A DNA stretch of 64,000 nucleotides from Phoronis australis. Its lineage: Eukaryota > Animalia > Phoronida. Each line of letters begins with the position of its first letter. Within the stretch, counting starts at the first letter, position 1. The notes under the pieces were generated by a model. It worked only from the letters and a program-made list of their open reading frames with translations. It had not been told where the DNA came from and did not search any database. Position numbers and translations under genes: made by a program. The DNA is taken from positions 683,808 through 747,807 of the forward strand of contig NMRA01000131.1 in NCBI GenBank assembly GCA_002633005.1. The letters are read 5' to 3'. Positions 48,187-62,805 of the stretch are shown one piece after another.

Positions 48187-51100
48187 CTGCAAGACAGACG
48201 GAGAGAGATGTGAAGAGAGAATGCCTCACCAGAGAGTGGCAGGTCACAGAACAAGCACTGCCCTGACTGTCCTGCCTTGGCATTGTTTTAGTCAATACAT
48301 CGATCATCACAACTTGACAGAAAAATCTTAACTAAACAAAAACAACATACTGAGTCATATAGAACATGACAATTAACGTGGTTTTCCCCATTTGACCAAT
48401 CAGTGGCCTTGCGCTGAGGTAATATCTTGTATCACAGCACCTCATCCTGTCTGAATGACTGGTATAGAATCGTGTCACACCAATTTCCCTTACAGGCTAA
48501 TTAGGTTTAACAATGTTTATATTGGGCACAGAAATATGCAGAGGCTCCACTTACAATGGGATAAATTTAGAAAACAAAACATTTAGGTGCTACTAAATAC
48601 ACAGAAAATTCAAGGATTGCAATGTTCAACACAATATGGCGAGTCAACAGCGCAAAGTCTAACACCGAAACTGTTCTATTGGGAAATTATTAATGCATTA
48701 TAAAAACGTCAATTTCACTAGTTCCCATACCTCAATGAAAGTTTCTCAGCTTTCATTTTCTGAGTATGATTGACTGAAGGGCACTCCAAGTTTCTTGTAG
48801 CATTTAAATTATCAACATGACTAGCAGCACCAGCCCAGACAGACTGGCCAGGTCCTTGAGACGGCACATAAATCACAATGTGCATCATTCTTACCTGCCA
48901 TAGCACACCTTTGAGCGACTACAAATTATAACACCTGAACACTTGTTGCCTATATCACAGACTCTGACAAACTAAATTTCCCATGGTATATTAGATGTTC
49001 TAAACAGAAGTTCTGAATCACAAAGAAAACAAAGCTAGGGGCACAGTCCTGGTTATAGATAACAATTTTGTCCTTCCTTCCGTATGACTGATCAAAATGT
49101 ACCGTAATCTAGCAATACAAAATACAAGAGAGACAAGACTCGCCAAATGATTAATATAAATACATAGTGCCACCAAAACAAACAGCATGTTTCATGACTG
49201 GGTGGTTTCACATACAGAGTTCGATTTGGGTGAAATGTAATCAGCAGAATTTCTAAGAAGCAACCTGGATTGAAAAAATGCCCTTCACTTTCTACAGGAA
49301 AAACTCCCGAGGTGCTGGGGAAATGGTAACTAAATGAGGCACAAGAAACAAATAGCTGGTGGTAGACATGGATTTGTTTCTAGCTCTGTCGTTATCCTAC
49401 TGCCAATTGTGGCAATATCTCTATAATTTCAAACAAATATTTTACTCCTTTTTATTTTCCAAGGTCTTTTAACATTTCTATGAATTGCCACAATTTGTGA
49501 AAATACTGCCAGTTACATAGCTATGCTTAAGTTACTTCAAATTATAACACAATATGGTGGAACTATGAAATTGTATCTTATCAAAATTTTCGACAAGAGT
49601 AAACAAGACCATATTATTTTGTCATTTGAAAACTTTATATAGCACAGCTGTCATCATAAAACACAAATCTAAATTTTGAATGTTTTTGATGATACAGCGA
49701 ATATTTGAAAAATGAAAAAATAAAATTTTGTCCATTAGTTAAATGATCTGAGAAAACTTTACTGTGGTGCAGAACTTGGACACAAGTAAAGCATATGAAC
49801 CTTTTATGAAAAAGGAGAATATATGATTTTGCTTCTCAAACATACATCCCATGCTGATGTCAAGGGTACTGATACAAGAAGATCCAACATTGTATCAAAT
49901 GAACAGCAATGAACAACATTTGGCAAATATATTTCACAGCTTTGAAGATAATTATGACAATTCACAAACTACTCTATAGTTGTTAGTGCAGCATTCATCC
50001 AATATCAAGCCTCACCTCTCCATCCTCACCTGCCTAATATAATGCATTGCGAACTGCCTTTTTAACAAATTCTATATAAAGCTTTAAAGGTAGCCATCCT
50101 CAATGGTAATGTTTACAAGACAAACATAGGTGACTTTTTGTGGTCATTGATTACACGCAAACAAGCCGAAAGAATTCCCACGACAGTCTGCTTGACATTC
50201 AGTGTCACAGGCAAATGAAAGCCACATGAACAATGCCTGAAAACGACAACTTCGTCTGAAACATCAGTACGGGCATTCAACTTATAAAATCAGGAATTTT
50301 TTTAATATCTACAAAACATTTCTTCAGATGCATGCAACAAGCATAACAACCCATCAAGTGAACAAAATTGTTTCACAGGGAAATCAAGAAGTTACATCAT
50401 CACTCCTGCTAATTAAGAATGACAATCCATCGTAAAATTGTAAAACATTATTATTTGCCAGATCTGGTTCTTCAGACTGTAGATCTGCTATTTGAAGAGA
50501 AGACCATTTGGATTGGGTGGAATTTAAAACAAAGAAAATTCAGGCATTGACATTTTGAAGTAGCCACACCCAAAATTCAATTAGTGTCATGAACACATAC
50601 ACCTGAAAGGTCCACACCAAACACCATGTTACAGAGAGAATGCACTGTGTATCAAAGAATGACTCATGTGAATAGAATTTGCTCACATGAGTACATCTCA
50701 GTGAATCTTGCAGTATGTTCACAAACCACCTGTGTGCTGCAGGAAGAGTAGTGTACTCATTATATAGCCATTTTCACAAGAGGAACAATTGTCTCAGGCC
50801 TCTCCAACCAAAGTCAAATATGTCCGCCGCGGTGTCAATGCGATGCATGTCAGTCGAGTTTACAGACACACATCTGCCCGATAAACTGTCACGTGTTAGC
50901 TGCTCCATGTCAACTGCATCTCATATAAATGATTCTGGACAGCAACAGACCACTTAACCAGTACCTGGATGCTGAAGTCACAGGTGATAACCCCAAGTGC
51001 GACCACCTGGCCGATCTAATGTTCATTAGCCTCAAATCCAGACATAATAACAACCTTACCTGAGTGTTCCATTGAACATTTGGCCACCTTCTACACCACA

Positions 51101-54100
51101 ATACAATGCTTCATACCCAGTCATGGATGAAGCATTAGAGTCATAATTCAGCTGGACAAATTGTTTGAGTTGCAGGGAATTATGCCCTCCAGGGGTAAAT
51201 GAACCTCTGCTCAACACTAAAGGACAGCTATTGATAAAACTAGGCGGCTTTGTTGTCGCCAGGCACAGTGTTGATTTTTGACTGCCCTGAATGAAATACA
51301 AAGTTATTCTTCATCTATTCATAATATTGAGTGAGGATGAGAAAATGTGTGCTAATGGGAGGTCATCTGGTGACATGTACAAGTAGGGCAGTTAGCATGT
51401 AAATATACAGATTGTGGGGGGGAAGAAATGTTGAAGTAGTACTCTAGACTAAGCAGACCAAGTTGCAAGGTGCAAGGTAGCCTGCATCTCAACAATTGAT
51501 GCTGACTATGAATGCCTAATGAAATATAGAAAATGTATAGTACCTACAGAGCACATTAATACAATCCCCTACAAGGAGTTTAAGATCAACTTTGATAATA
51601 TGGCTACCACTAACTGCACATAGAATAACTTGCACGTTCCATGGCTTTGAAAGGATCAAATTCTCCAGCAGACACCTGAAGCCTATTCAATAGTGAGTGT
51701 GTTTGCAAGCGAATTCAGCGTCCACTTCCTGAACAACTGTGATCTTATGAGTGCTCACCAGGGTACACAATACTTCTCGCAAGATTGATCGCTTAGCATT
51801 AAAAGATGGCATGAGGCATGGTCTCAATGTAATTACCTTGAGCAACGATACTGATCAGTACACTGTAAAAGTACATCACAATCAAACGAAAAATAATTTT
51901 TGATGTTACCATGACCATTTACATCATAGGGGCTCTTCTTTTGATTGTTGTCACTTCCAAAACAGACACACGTGGGCTTTTATTTTTTAGACTCAATTTC
52001 GTTAATTCAGAATTGAAAAATCTTGTCCACAATGAAAATGATGACTCCTGGACTGATTTGTTGTTTTTTTTTGGATGGCATTTTGGAAAATGAGGAGTCG
52101 TCATTCTATAGTGAGGCTGGGACCTCACCACTCGAATGGGGCAGGTAGTAAGCTCTAAACAGGCTTCCTGACACAGCTCCTTGCATGGAAAATCCATTAC
52201 TGACAGTTCAAAGGAAAGATGCTAATGAGTTACATAACACCACAGACAGAGTATAGTTAAAATGTCTGGCTGCAGGAAAAATGACCCAACAAATGACAAC
52301 TTTAGTGAATCAAGTTTCCATCCACTCCCAGAGTAGTTGTTTAAAACCTACCTCTACTGACCAGAACACAATTATGCCTATATGATCAGTCAGCAGTCCT
52401 ATGAGTGAATGTGTCAAAAGCTTTTGTGCAATCACTAAAGCATAACAGATCTCAACATTGTATGAAGACTGTCACACCTACTTGAGGTTTTGACAAGCAA
52501 GACACAATAGAAGCCCAGTAATAGGGACAGTGATAAAAGAATGATTGCTTGAGTGCTCACTGGATAGATCCATGTAATTCATGTTTACTGAAAATTGTCC
52601 CAAATAAATATAGTAGATTTGGAGGGGCCAGGAGAGCACTTAATGACCTTTCATGAGTGAAATAGAAAGTGTCACGGCATGGGGACACAACTAGAACAAA
52701 GTGTTCCCACAACCTGAATGAGTTTAAGTCTGCCTTGAAAACTTGGGTCGAGTTTGAAAGGCTTATGCGAATAACTTGAACTTTAGGGAGAAATTGACTT
52801 CTTATTCAAATTAATAGGTAATTTTTGACTTTTGGTACTAGGTCTATGCTTTTGTTCCAAGACTTAAGGTACAAACTCCACTTACCGGTAGTACAGTATA
52901 CACAAAGACTTCTGAACATGTTCAAGAACATTTTTCATTCCTGAAGAGATTGAATTTTCATTTACAGCATACACTGGAAATACTGGTAATATCTGACTAC
53001 TTGTACAAAAAGTACATAAAGAACTTCATTTGATGACCACGTCATTACACTTTAAGGAAATTTTTAGTCTTCCCCCATCCCGCTGAGTAAAAACTTTTAA
53101 AACAGTCCTGAAATGACAAGAAAGAAAGAACCATTGCTTATGGACCACAGTTTAATACATGTAGTGATAACAATTGGTTTCCAATCACTTATTAAGCAAT
53201 AAGTTTAATACAACAGAATCCAAACCAAACATCATACAATATCACGCTTCACATACAGACTGATTGAAATAGTTGGTATGAAGGGTGACACATGACTTAG
53301 GTAAGACAAATGTAACTTTGATGACATGTTCACTAAATGACATCATGTGTTATCCAGAGGAACAAATGCTTCCCAACCGTACCAAGTTCCCAGGTCCCAT
53401 AAAACAAGGGTTGCCCACCAACTTAAAAGTGGACATGGTGATAACAGACAGAATACAACAAGAGTTTTCATTCACACTTCACATCCCAACAGTAAACCTA
53501 CAATCTGCGGCAGTATAAAATAGTCTTACCTACTCTTCTAGTCATCTTATCACCAATAGCAAAATAATTTTAAAATAGGGAGCTGGCCAGGCCACAAATT
53601 CCTGCTCAAACATGGTGTTATGAATTATGCATTCCTGGAATAGAACAATCCCATTACCTATGTTATGACTCATACTCACCTTTCTGTTCAGCCACCTGAG
53701 GTGCACTATGAGCCCAGTGGAATGTATAGAAAAGAATGGATCTTTTACTTAATAGAAACCCAGTGACCAATCCAATGCACACAGCTGAGAAGTCAGTGAT
53801 TCTCTATCAGTTGACGTTCTCACTCAATACTAATAAGACCATGTCAGCACGCAGAGGGAGCGCAGTCTTAACTAGACCCATCTCATCACTTGCACAGCAC
53901 TCCTTAGAGACTACAAACATGTTATATGAAGCCTTCCAGACAGCCAGATTCAACTTAAGCTGGTGTATGAATATGTTGACAATGGAATTATTAACAAGTT
54001 GGCCCAGGACTATGTAGCCATACACACACATACTCAGCCTGCTAAATGGCTATTCAAACACCCCAGCCTGGTGGAACAATGACCATTAGGAGACCCATTC

Positions 54101-54446
54101 TCTTGACCTGGCTCATTGACAGAGATTTTACAATCCAGCATTGTAGTACTGTTATGTAACTGCCTATGCTAGAATGGGTTTCTGGGTGAACCACAGACAC
54201 CACTGGTCAATCTAGTTTGTGGTTGGGTCACTTTAATTAGACTCTCTATAGAACAAGAAAATGCACCTTGCTCTAGAGAGCTCCCAAATACCTACTGCAA
54301 GAAAAACATTTGCATTGGGACATGAATTTGCTAGAAATTTGATATTCCCCAAATTTTTCTGGCTTAATACTAGGAAAAAATATTTATGAGCTAAATGGCT
54401 TGTCGATTCAATTAATACTCCAAGTCATACAACTGAATAAACCTGT

Positions 54447-54510
54447 GTACCCCAATCACTACTACGTACCCCAATCACTACTACGTACCCCAATCACTAC
54501 TACGTACCCC
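54447..54510. repeat. 19-bp tandem repeat, ~3.3 copies
   Basis: gtaccccaatcactactac repeated. Confidence 0.9.
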
Positions 54511-57500
54511 CACTCTTTCCCTCCTCCTTTCATGGACTGGGAAAAGCTTGTACAACTGATCAGTAATTAGATAATCAGCACTCAGTGGAGTCCCTATTGC
54601 TAAAATGATTGGTCATTACAATACACAGAAATGACTAAAAAGCTCCTAATAATCTCGGCACATCAATTTAATGTCACAGTCATTATTAAAAGAGCATAAC
54701 GGAACAAATGAGTCACCTGTTTAGCAGATGACAAAGAGCCACGCAAACACGCCAATACAGTGGGGTCTACTTGATGTCACACAGAATAATGGATGGTTAC
54801 AAATAGTTTCAAATTAAGCCCATGCATAATAAGCCGCATAATGTCACAATTTGTTGTAATATTCACAGATATTGTCATTAAAAATCCACAAAACAGATTC
54901 TAATCCATCTGTTAGCATGCCTATCTTCAGTTTTCTTATCTAAAAATCAACTTATTTATCTTCAATTCATTTGTCTGATCTGAACACCAGCACTGGAGGT
55001 AAAGCAAATCACTTCCAGTTCAGCTGACAATGTCTCAGACATTCCACTTGACATGGTCAGCTCCAGTGGTTACCATCACAGCCAAGTCCAAGGCAATTGA
55101 TGGATCCAGCTGATTATAATTTACGTGGAAATCGAGGGTGACATTAAATGCATTCCACTGTACAGCAACATTGCACCCAAATGCATGGATTAAGCAGCAT
55201 AATCTCACCCTAATTTTGGACAAAAATAATTGCTAAATTTGTTCTTTTTACAGTTTCCTAGTACATTTTCTACCATAATGCTGCAAAGTTTTTTCAATTC
55301 AAAATATAGTCTGGTAGTAGGTGAGGTACGTTATCTTAACACATCCATCCAAATAAACTGAAATGTTTTCACTCATGGTCTCTGACTTGACTACAATTTT
55401 ATCACAGTAAGGAATATCGCGAGACCAATTTTATTATAAAATTGGTCTCAAATTATTTTTTGGTCAAAATAGAAGTGATATCTGGTCTAGGAAACGAACC
55501 AGGTTTTACAACAGCATCTGATTTTATGCAGGGAGCCTAGTCTCAAGCAATAACCAACTGTAACTTTTTGGAAGACCATAATGGTAACTGGTCTACGCAA
55601 AAGTTCAGTCTACACACATCCAACCCTACAACAATTTGCACTAGTACAACTTTAAACCCACTTTTAAGTGGAGCATCCACACACACATATCCCATAACTA
55701 GGGTAAGGCGGAAGTTGTCGCTCTGTTAACATGACAATGAACACTTAACGCAAATACTGTGCGCAAAAGAAAACCCGTCTGCATGAAACTGAACCTGATA
55801 ATTGCTCCTGCCATGTCCCAGGTTTGCAGCCACACAGGAATTAGAAGTGGCACAAGTTACCTTAAACAAGTTACTCCACCTCGATAATGTGGAGTATGTT
55901 GTCACAAGTGGAGTAAGTTGCAATAATTGACCTATCGCCAGGATTTTGAGCTAGGAATTAACTGACCATTTAGAACGAATCATTATTGCACCTTCGTTTC
56001 CAAGCCACCATTTTACGTGACAAACAACACGCTGCCGGGAAAAACTTATAGTTTGTTACTGAGTCGACATTACGCAAGGGGGCGGAGCTTGCGATAGCTC
56101 AATTTAAACAGCATCCACACAGCCTCCGAACCTAGCTCGTTCCAGGAGTAACTTGCTCCAGGTAGTCTGTGTGTGTGCACGGCAGGCACTTAAGTTTCTT
56201 AGCAGAACATAGGTTCACTGCAGCTTTAACAGAATTTTTCATGAAAACTGCTGAGTTAAAAGCCCTACTGCAGAATCACCTGCCACAAAAGACATACAAA
56301 CTAATTTACTTAATACTTACAACATCATTTACAAAGTATTTAATCGGTAAATTGGGAAACTGAGTCAGTCTACTTAAATCATTGCCATATTCTTATTTTT
56401 TGCACTTTTTACCTTTCCCAAAAGAATGTTACCGCAGGAATGCAAAATGTCACACAAGGGAGGGATTAGCTTTCCAAGACACTAAATATTTCTTCACCAT
56501 TTTGCTTATGACACCATCACACACTGAGATTCTGCACTCATGAGAATGGAGGGATATCAAGCCAGCTGAGTGTTTACCTCAACATGACATCTGCAAGGCA
56601 AAATGCACACATGAGTTACACATGTGCTTTATAAGCAGAAGCTTGTTAGCAAAGGAAATGACTCAAAGTGTACTTACTTAACAAAACTTTTGGCAAACTG
56701 ACTGGATGCACAGTGTGCAAATACAAAGCATTCACCGACCAAAGATTTTGTTCCTTACCGCTAGGTGAATGAGTGAAAAACAGACTGCTTGCTACAGCGC
56801 GGTCCAAATGATTAGATAAACAGGACATACAGCCTTATAAAATGTTATCAACCTCTGCCATTTCAGATCATAACTGCTATCAGTCAAAATATTGACACAG
56901 AGAATTCATAAGACCAAAGGCTAACTGAGGGCACAACAGGTGCACTGTATAACACAAGTGTCATATTCCACTAGCTGAGGACAACCATGTTTACATGAAT
57001 GACTCTTTTTCATAACTCACCCAGGATTCTTGAACATAACAGTGATCAAGCTGCAGTCTATATTGTGACCAAAATAGATCATGTTCATAGCATGCTGCAG
57101 ATACTGAGAACTCCTTAGCAGATGGACATTCATGATTATGTATTGATTTCAAGAGACCACCACAAAAACATGACTAAAAGGCCATTCAACAATGTGCGTA
57201 AAAACAGAATTGATTTGTGTATCTACAAATTATTAGACCCTTAGGCCAGCACACACACACAGTACAAATCGTACCTTTTGCGCTGGTTCATGACAGTTTG
57301 AAGACAAAATTCTAAGTTGTCTGTGAATATCAAAGGAGTGAGATAAAAAGATGTATTGTTTCACCTTGTTGTACCGTGAGCACTTGCTGAAAAACTGAAA
57401 ACCGAAGCGTAGCAGGAAGTCATGCTGGAGATGATGACAAGCACGCGCTACATGCCGCATGATAGCGTTGGACGTGACAAGTATGCTTTGTGCCATATGA

Positions 57501-58427
57501 ACACTCCAAATCTTTTGAAGTTGGTCATTTTGATACCGTCCATGAAACCACTTCGAGGCACCTCACCACTGTGAGGCACCTTGGTCATGACAAAAAACAG
57601 TGTCATCTGTGTCAGTTCAACTGACACAATCCGCCATGGACAAAAATTTGTGAGTCCTCCTAACAAAAAAGTGCATCAATGCAGCCCCGTAAAAGATTCA
57701 TAAGCAAACTGTTTGTGTGCAAAAGTGCCATTGTAATTGATGAAGTAGTATAATTCCCAGTTGAGTGGGACTGAGATGATCCTTACAAAATTATTATAAG
57801 CGATTTATAGACAGCCCTGCTTAACCAAACAGAACAGCGCAGGAAGTCAGTACCTAGATTAACTTTTTGAAGTCTCCTACGTTTTCCTCCTCTTTATTTA
57901 GCACCAAATTCGTTGGTGTTAAAAGTAGTGGTCAAAAGTAGTGGTCAGTGGCGCCCCAGAGAGCATTCTTCTATAAAGATACAGTGAATACCTATCCCAG
58001 TTACCACAATGCTCATGATGATTGGCTCAACTTCCATCCCTGCAATTTCCAAATTTTCAGGCTTTTTACAAAAACACGCATCTTCAGCATACCGCCCAAA
58101 CCAAATTTTTTAATTCAAAGATTCTTGAAATTGCCCATGTCTATGTGAGCACTTGTCTCACTTTACTTTTAGTCACTAAAAAAATCTTGCTTACCTTGAG
58201 AGCTTCAGTGCCCCTTTCCAGATACGGGAGGGCAAGATTCTAGTTACTATGTTCTATTTAGCTCTTAGTTCAAGCCAGATCATGTATGTGTGTATTTCTC
58301 AAATATTTTTATTTTCAAGTCCCCATGCTTTTTGACATATCACTACCATTAGTCTAGACGACGAAAACTAAAAAGCACCGTACTTTATAAATCGATGGGT
58401 CCAGAGTGGTGCACAAATAACCCATAC

Positions 58428-59990
58428 ACAAACAGGCTAAATGAATGCTAGTGCCACCAGCAAAAACATCAGTCATGTGAACAGTAATTAAGTGTCACTT
58501 TTGCTGGTGCTTTACTAGAAATTTAAGTTAACCCAAAAACTGCACGGTTTACAAATCTTGCCATAAGTTTACCAGCAGTGAGTGTGAATGGCGGCCCAAT
58601 TTATGTTCCCTGGATCGTAACCCAGACAAGTTAGGCAAGAAAATGGAAAGAAAATGAAAGAAAAAGCAGATAAGTGCAGGTTAAAGCAAACGAGTAAAGT
58701 GCACTTATTTCTAGGAATGATTTGAGCTGCTTTCAATTATTAACCAACATGCATTTCAACCAGCAAACATTGACTACCAGAGGTCATTTTTAGAACAAGT
58801 TGAGTATAATGTTTACTTACGTATCTTAACTGAGAAAATCTCAGTTATAGAGCCATCAGAACAAGCATTTGCACAGAATACACAAGATTGTTGAGCATGT
58901 CACAGTAGACCCCAGTGGACCCAGAGAGCTGACTGGAGTCATCTCAAGTCCAGTGGTAGTTGTTGACACATCCCCTAGTGTGAAGTTATGTAAACAGTGT
59001 GTTCATGTCAGAATATCTTCAATTTGTGCTGGTATTATCTCACTCAATGCACTTAGGTATATGATTTGTAACCAGTGTTATTGTGGTCACCCAGTGCAAG
59101 GTTAATTGTACGGAATAAATATCACAGTTCAACTGAAGTGAAATTGAAACACAACCACCTCTAACAATTGTCCACATTAAACTGNCCCGACGCAAAATCT
59201 ACATGTACACGGGCAATCGGGCAACCGTTAGTGTTGAGCCCTGACAAACAGGCTAAATGAATGCTAGCGCCACCAGCAAAACCATCAGTCATGTGAATAG
59301 TAATGAAGTGTCACTTTTGCTGGTGCTTTACTAGAAATTTAAGTTAACCCAAAAACTGCATGGTTTACAAATCTTGCCATAAATTTACCAGCAGTGAGGG
59401 TGAATGGCGGCCCAATTTAAGCGCCCTGGGTCGTAACCCAGACGAGTTAAGCAAATATATGGAAAGAAAAAGTAGATAAGTGCAGGTTAAAGCAAACGAG
59501 TAAAGTGCACTTATTTCTAGGAATGATTTGAGCTGCTTTCAATTATTAACCAACATGCATTTCAACCAGCAAACATTGACTACCAGAGGTCATTTTTAGA
59601 ACAAGTTGAGTTTAATATTTACTTACGTATCTTAACTGAGAAAATCTCAGTTATAGAGCCATCAGAACAAGCATTTGCACAGAATACACAAGATTGTTGA
59701 GCATGTCACAGTAGACACCAGTGGACCCAGAGAGCTGACTGGAGCCATCTCAAGTCCAGTGGTAGTTGTTGACACATCCCCTAGTGTGAAGTTATGTAAA
59801 CAGTGTGTTCATGTCAGAATATCTTCAATTTGTGCTGGTATTATCTCACTCAATGCACTTAGGTATATGATTTGTAACCAGTGTTATTGTGGTCACCCAG
59901 TGCAAGGTTAATTGTACGGAATAAATATCACAGTTCAACTGAAGTGAAGTTGAAACACAACCACCTCTAACAATTGTCCACATTAAACTG
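58428..59990. repeat. ~750-bp direct duplication (58428-59184 and 59244-59990) across a single-N join; probably two haplotypes
   Basis: Near-identical copies with scattered SNPs and indels; N at 59185. Confidence 0.9.
59186..59243. mobile_element. Terminal fragment of a hAT-like non-autonomous element
   Basis: The reverse complement begins CAGGGCTCAACACTAACGGTTGCCCGATTGCCCG (CAGGG terminus with repeated TTGCCCG subterminal motif). Confidence 0.5.
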
Positions 59991-62623
59991 TTCTAACCAT
60001 TAGCAATCCTCATCCACCACAGATCTCCAGAGTAAAAACATGAGATTAAACTCCTCTGATTGGATTTTACCAGGGGGGGGGAGTATTCACCGTGAGGCAT
60101 TGGTCAATAATATTAATGGACAACCATGGATCTGCTGAACACAAAAACACCATGAAGTCACCTTTGTCAGTGACCAAGGAACGGTGTATGACTGAAAGTC
60201 CAGTACAATCCACAAAAATAAGAGAGCATTTTTAAAAACTGGATGTCACTGTAGGCAAAGAACGATGTACAACAGCCATTTACACATCACAGCCTGTAAA
60301 TAAGTTCATGTTTCTGGTTAGCTTAGAACTACACCCTCCCACCACCAACACCACCACCAGGTGGCTCACTCTGATGTGCATGTCTACCATTACCAATATT
60401 ATGTGCATGTCTATATATTCAAACAGGCCTAAATAAGGACTTGCAGTAAAAAGACACCATTCATCACAAATGAAACAAGTCATGTTTCTTTACTAACACA
60501 AGCCATGTCATAGTCAGGTCAGGGAGATGGCAAGTCTCAAGTGTTTATCAGTTACATCAAACAAGCAGGCTAGTACCCGGGCAGGACCTACAAACAATTT
60601 GAGTTGAAACGGGTGCAGTCATGTAAATAAGAATGCACTTGCCCACTAGGTTGAGCCACTGTTAAGTATTTCAAGGCTTTTACTTCTGAACGTCTTTGAC
60701 TCAATTAAATAGATATAATACTGTAATTATCAATAGCAATCAAGAGTTTGACAAAAGTAAAATGGTACTTTAAATAACATGAAAACTGAATTTTTGATTT
60801 TAAATTTTGATGTCAATTTGGCATAGGAGCTCCAAACTACTGCTTATCAACTCTGTATCCTATAGGTGAATTGGTCTCAAATGTGCATTGTGAACAGTAG
60901 GAAATAAAAGATTTATATGATGTGTTGAGGAAATATTACATTTTAAGCAAGAATACCTGCAAACGTGTAAAGCATTTACACTTACTCGTGAACCAGTCTT
61001 AAAATCACCTGTTCTGTTCTGTTCAGGAGAAAATGCTGTTTACAAAAGTTTCAGTTTTCAATTTGACAAGTATTTAAATCCTGTAAAACACGATGTGGTT
61101 CATCCTGTCTACTTGAATAGCAGTTCACATATCATTTCAATGGTAATTTTTTTAAAACATCGCTATGAAGCCCGGAGGATGCCAACTCAATAGCAGAGTA
61201 CCAGTACTTTATAACAAGAGTATCACGATTCACACTATGGCCGTAACTCTATAACTGAACAGTGTGTACATCCTGACTGCTGAAAATGCAAAATACCATA
61301 GTTATTGCTCTACCGGATACAACAAGGCCTTAGATCAAAATTTGCTAATAAACAGGCCTCTTGGTGACAGCGGGGCTATTGACAAAAGGTAATATGCCAA
61401 GAACTGGGCGAGTTTCTAATATAGCAGTAATAATTGAAACAGCACAACTTTTAAATTAAAACTGGTTATTATTTTTTACTTTTTTAATTCCCGGATAGAA
61501 ATAATGCAAAATCATAACTCACACTTTTGACTTCTTTCATAGAGCACACCTGGTAGTGAATAAAGTCCACGAGATATGGACGAAATGGCTGTACACTGAC
61601 AACCTCAATGTACGACTTTTCGGTTCCAAAAGGGATCCTTAATATTGTTATCATTTAAATGGAATCCAGGAATATACACAGTCTGATTGGAAAAGTTGTT
61701 CTGAACCCTATCATATCATTGTCACAGCAGAAACCATTAACTGTCATGGTTCAGCCTATATTTTATGACTCCCTGATGATGGACTTGTGATGAACCACAG
61801 TGTGTGGATCTTGGTCTGTAATATACCAGTGGTCTGCATGTTATGTATGGTTGCAGGGTAGTCACTGTGTGGTATGCATTAGAATTACCATATTAATCTC
61901 AAAATGAGAGACAGACACTTAAGTAACCATTCTAACTTGGCTAATCAGAGCCAGATCACTCTGACCAGGCCTGAGACAGCAGTTAAATGATTTCATTTTC
62001 ATGTGAAAGAGCAGCCAACCAAAGCCATCAGTAGGAATGATGTAACTAGCATGCCTGCCAGACAGATACCTCTTGCAGCCATCAACTGGTAATAGCAAAA
62101 GACACATCAGAACTGAGACTGTTCATATGACCTATAGGAGACCAGCAACACCACAAGAGGGACAGCCTGACTGGAAACTACATAAAAGTACCAAGTTACA
62201 AGAACTGCATAATTGTAGCAGCCTGTTGGAACAAGCGACCAATTGTTGACATGTAGAATGGACAGAAGCCAATGGACTTATTGTTTACAGTCAAAGGGCA
62301 ATGACACTATTCAAGAACTTCATTGAACACTTTGAAATGTCAGTATAATAAATAGTGCACTTAATTAAAAAAAGTGAATAAATATCATTGGGGGAGGGTC
62401 CTTCTAATGGGGGTTATAACAGTGCGTGTGTATGTAAAAGTTTCTGAACTGAACAAATTTGACTAAACTAAGGAAAATTTCGGTGAACACAATATTCATT
62501 TCTTTTTTTTTTAAAGCAATTGTAAGCAGTCTGATACACATTGTACCAGTTGTATGCAGGCCGCGCATGTGGGCCCATTACACTACTCACCTGGAACCGT
62601 TGTATGCTTTAACAGTGTATATA

Positions 62624-62800
62624 TACCGTAATCGTTCGGGTTAACACCCTGGGCGGTTAAATTGGCGAATTCAAAAAATCGGGGGAGGGCGGTTAACCGA
62701 GCAGTGAGCGGTTAAATCGAAAATCCACCTAAAGTAGGGGATGGGCGGTTAACCGAACATGGGCGCTTATTACGACAGACAACCGCCCTGGGCGGTTAAT
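62624..62800. mobile_element. MITE-like fragment with a TACCGTA end and repeated GGGCGGTTAA motifs
   Basis: taccgtaatcgttcgggttaacaccctgggcggttaa...; five (g)gcggttaa copies; palindrome aaccgccctgggcggtt; no matching opposite terminus seen. Confidence 0.5.
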
Positions 62801-62805
62801 CTTAC

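Noticed and set aside
58869-59911. Two near-identical 78-aa ORFs suggesting a duplicated small gene
   Set aside because: TTG starts, no recognisable domain, and inside a probable haplotype duplication.
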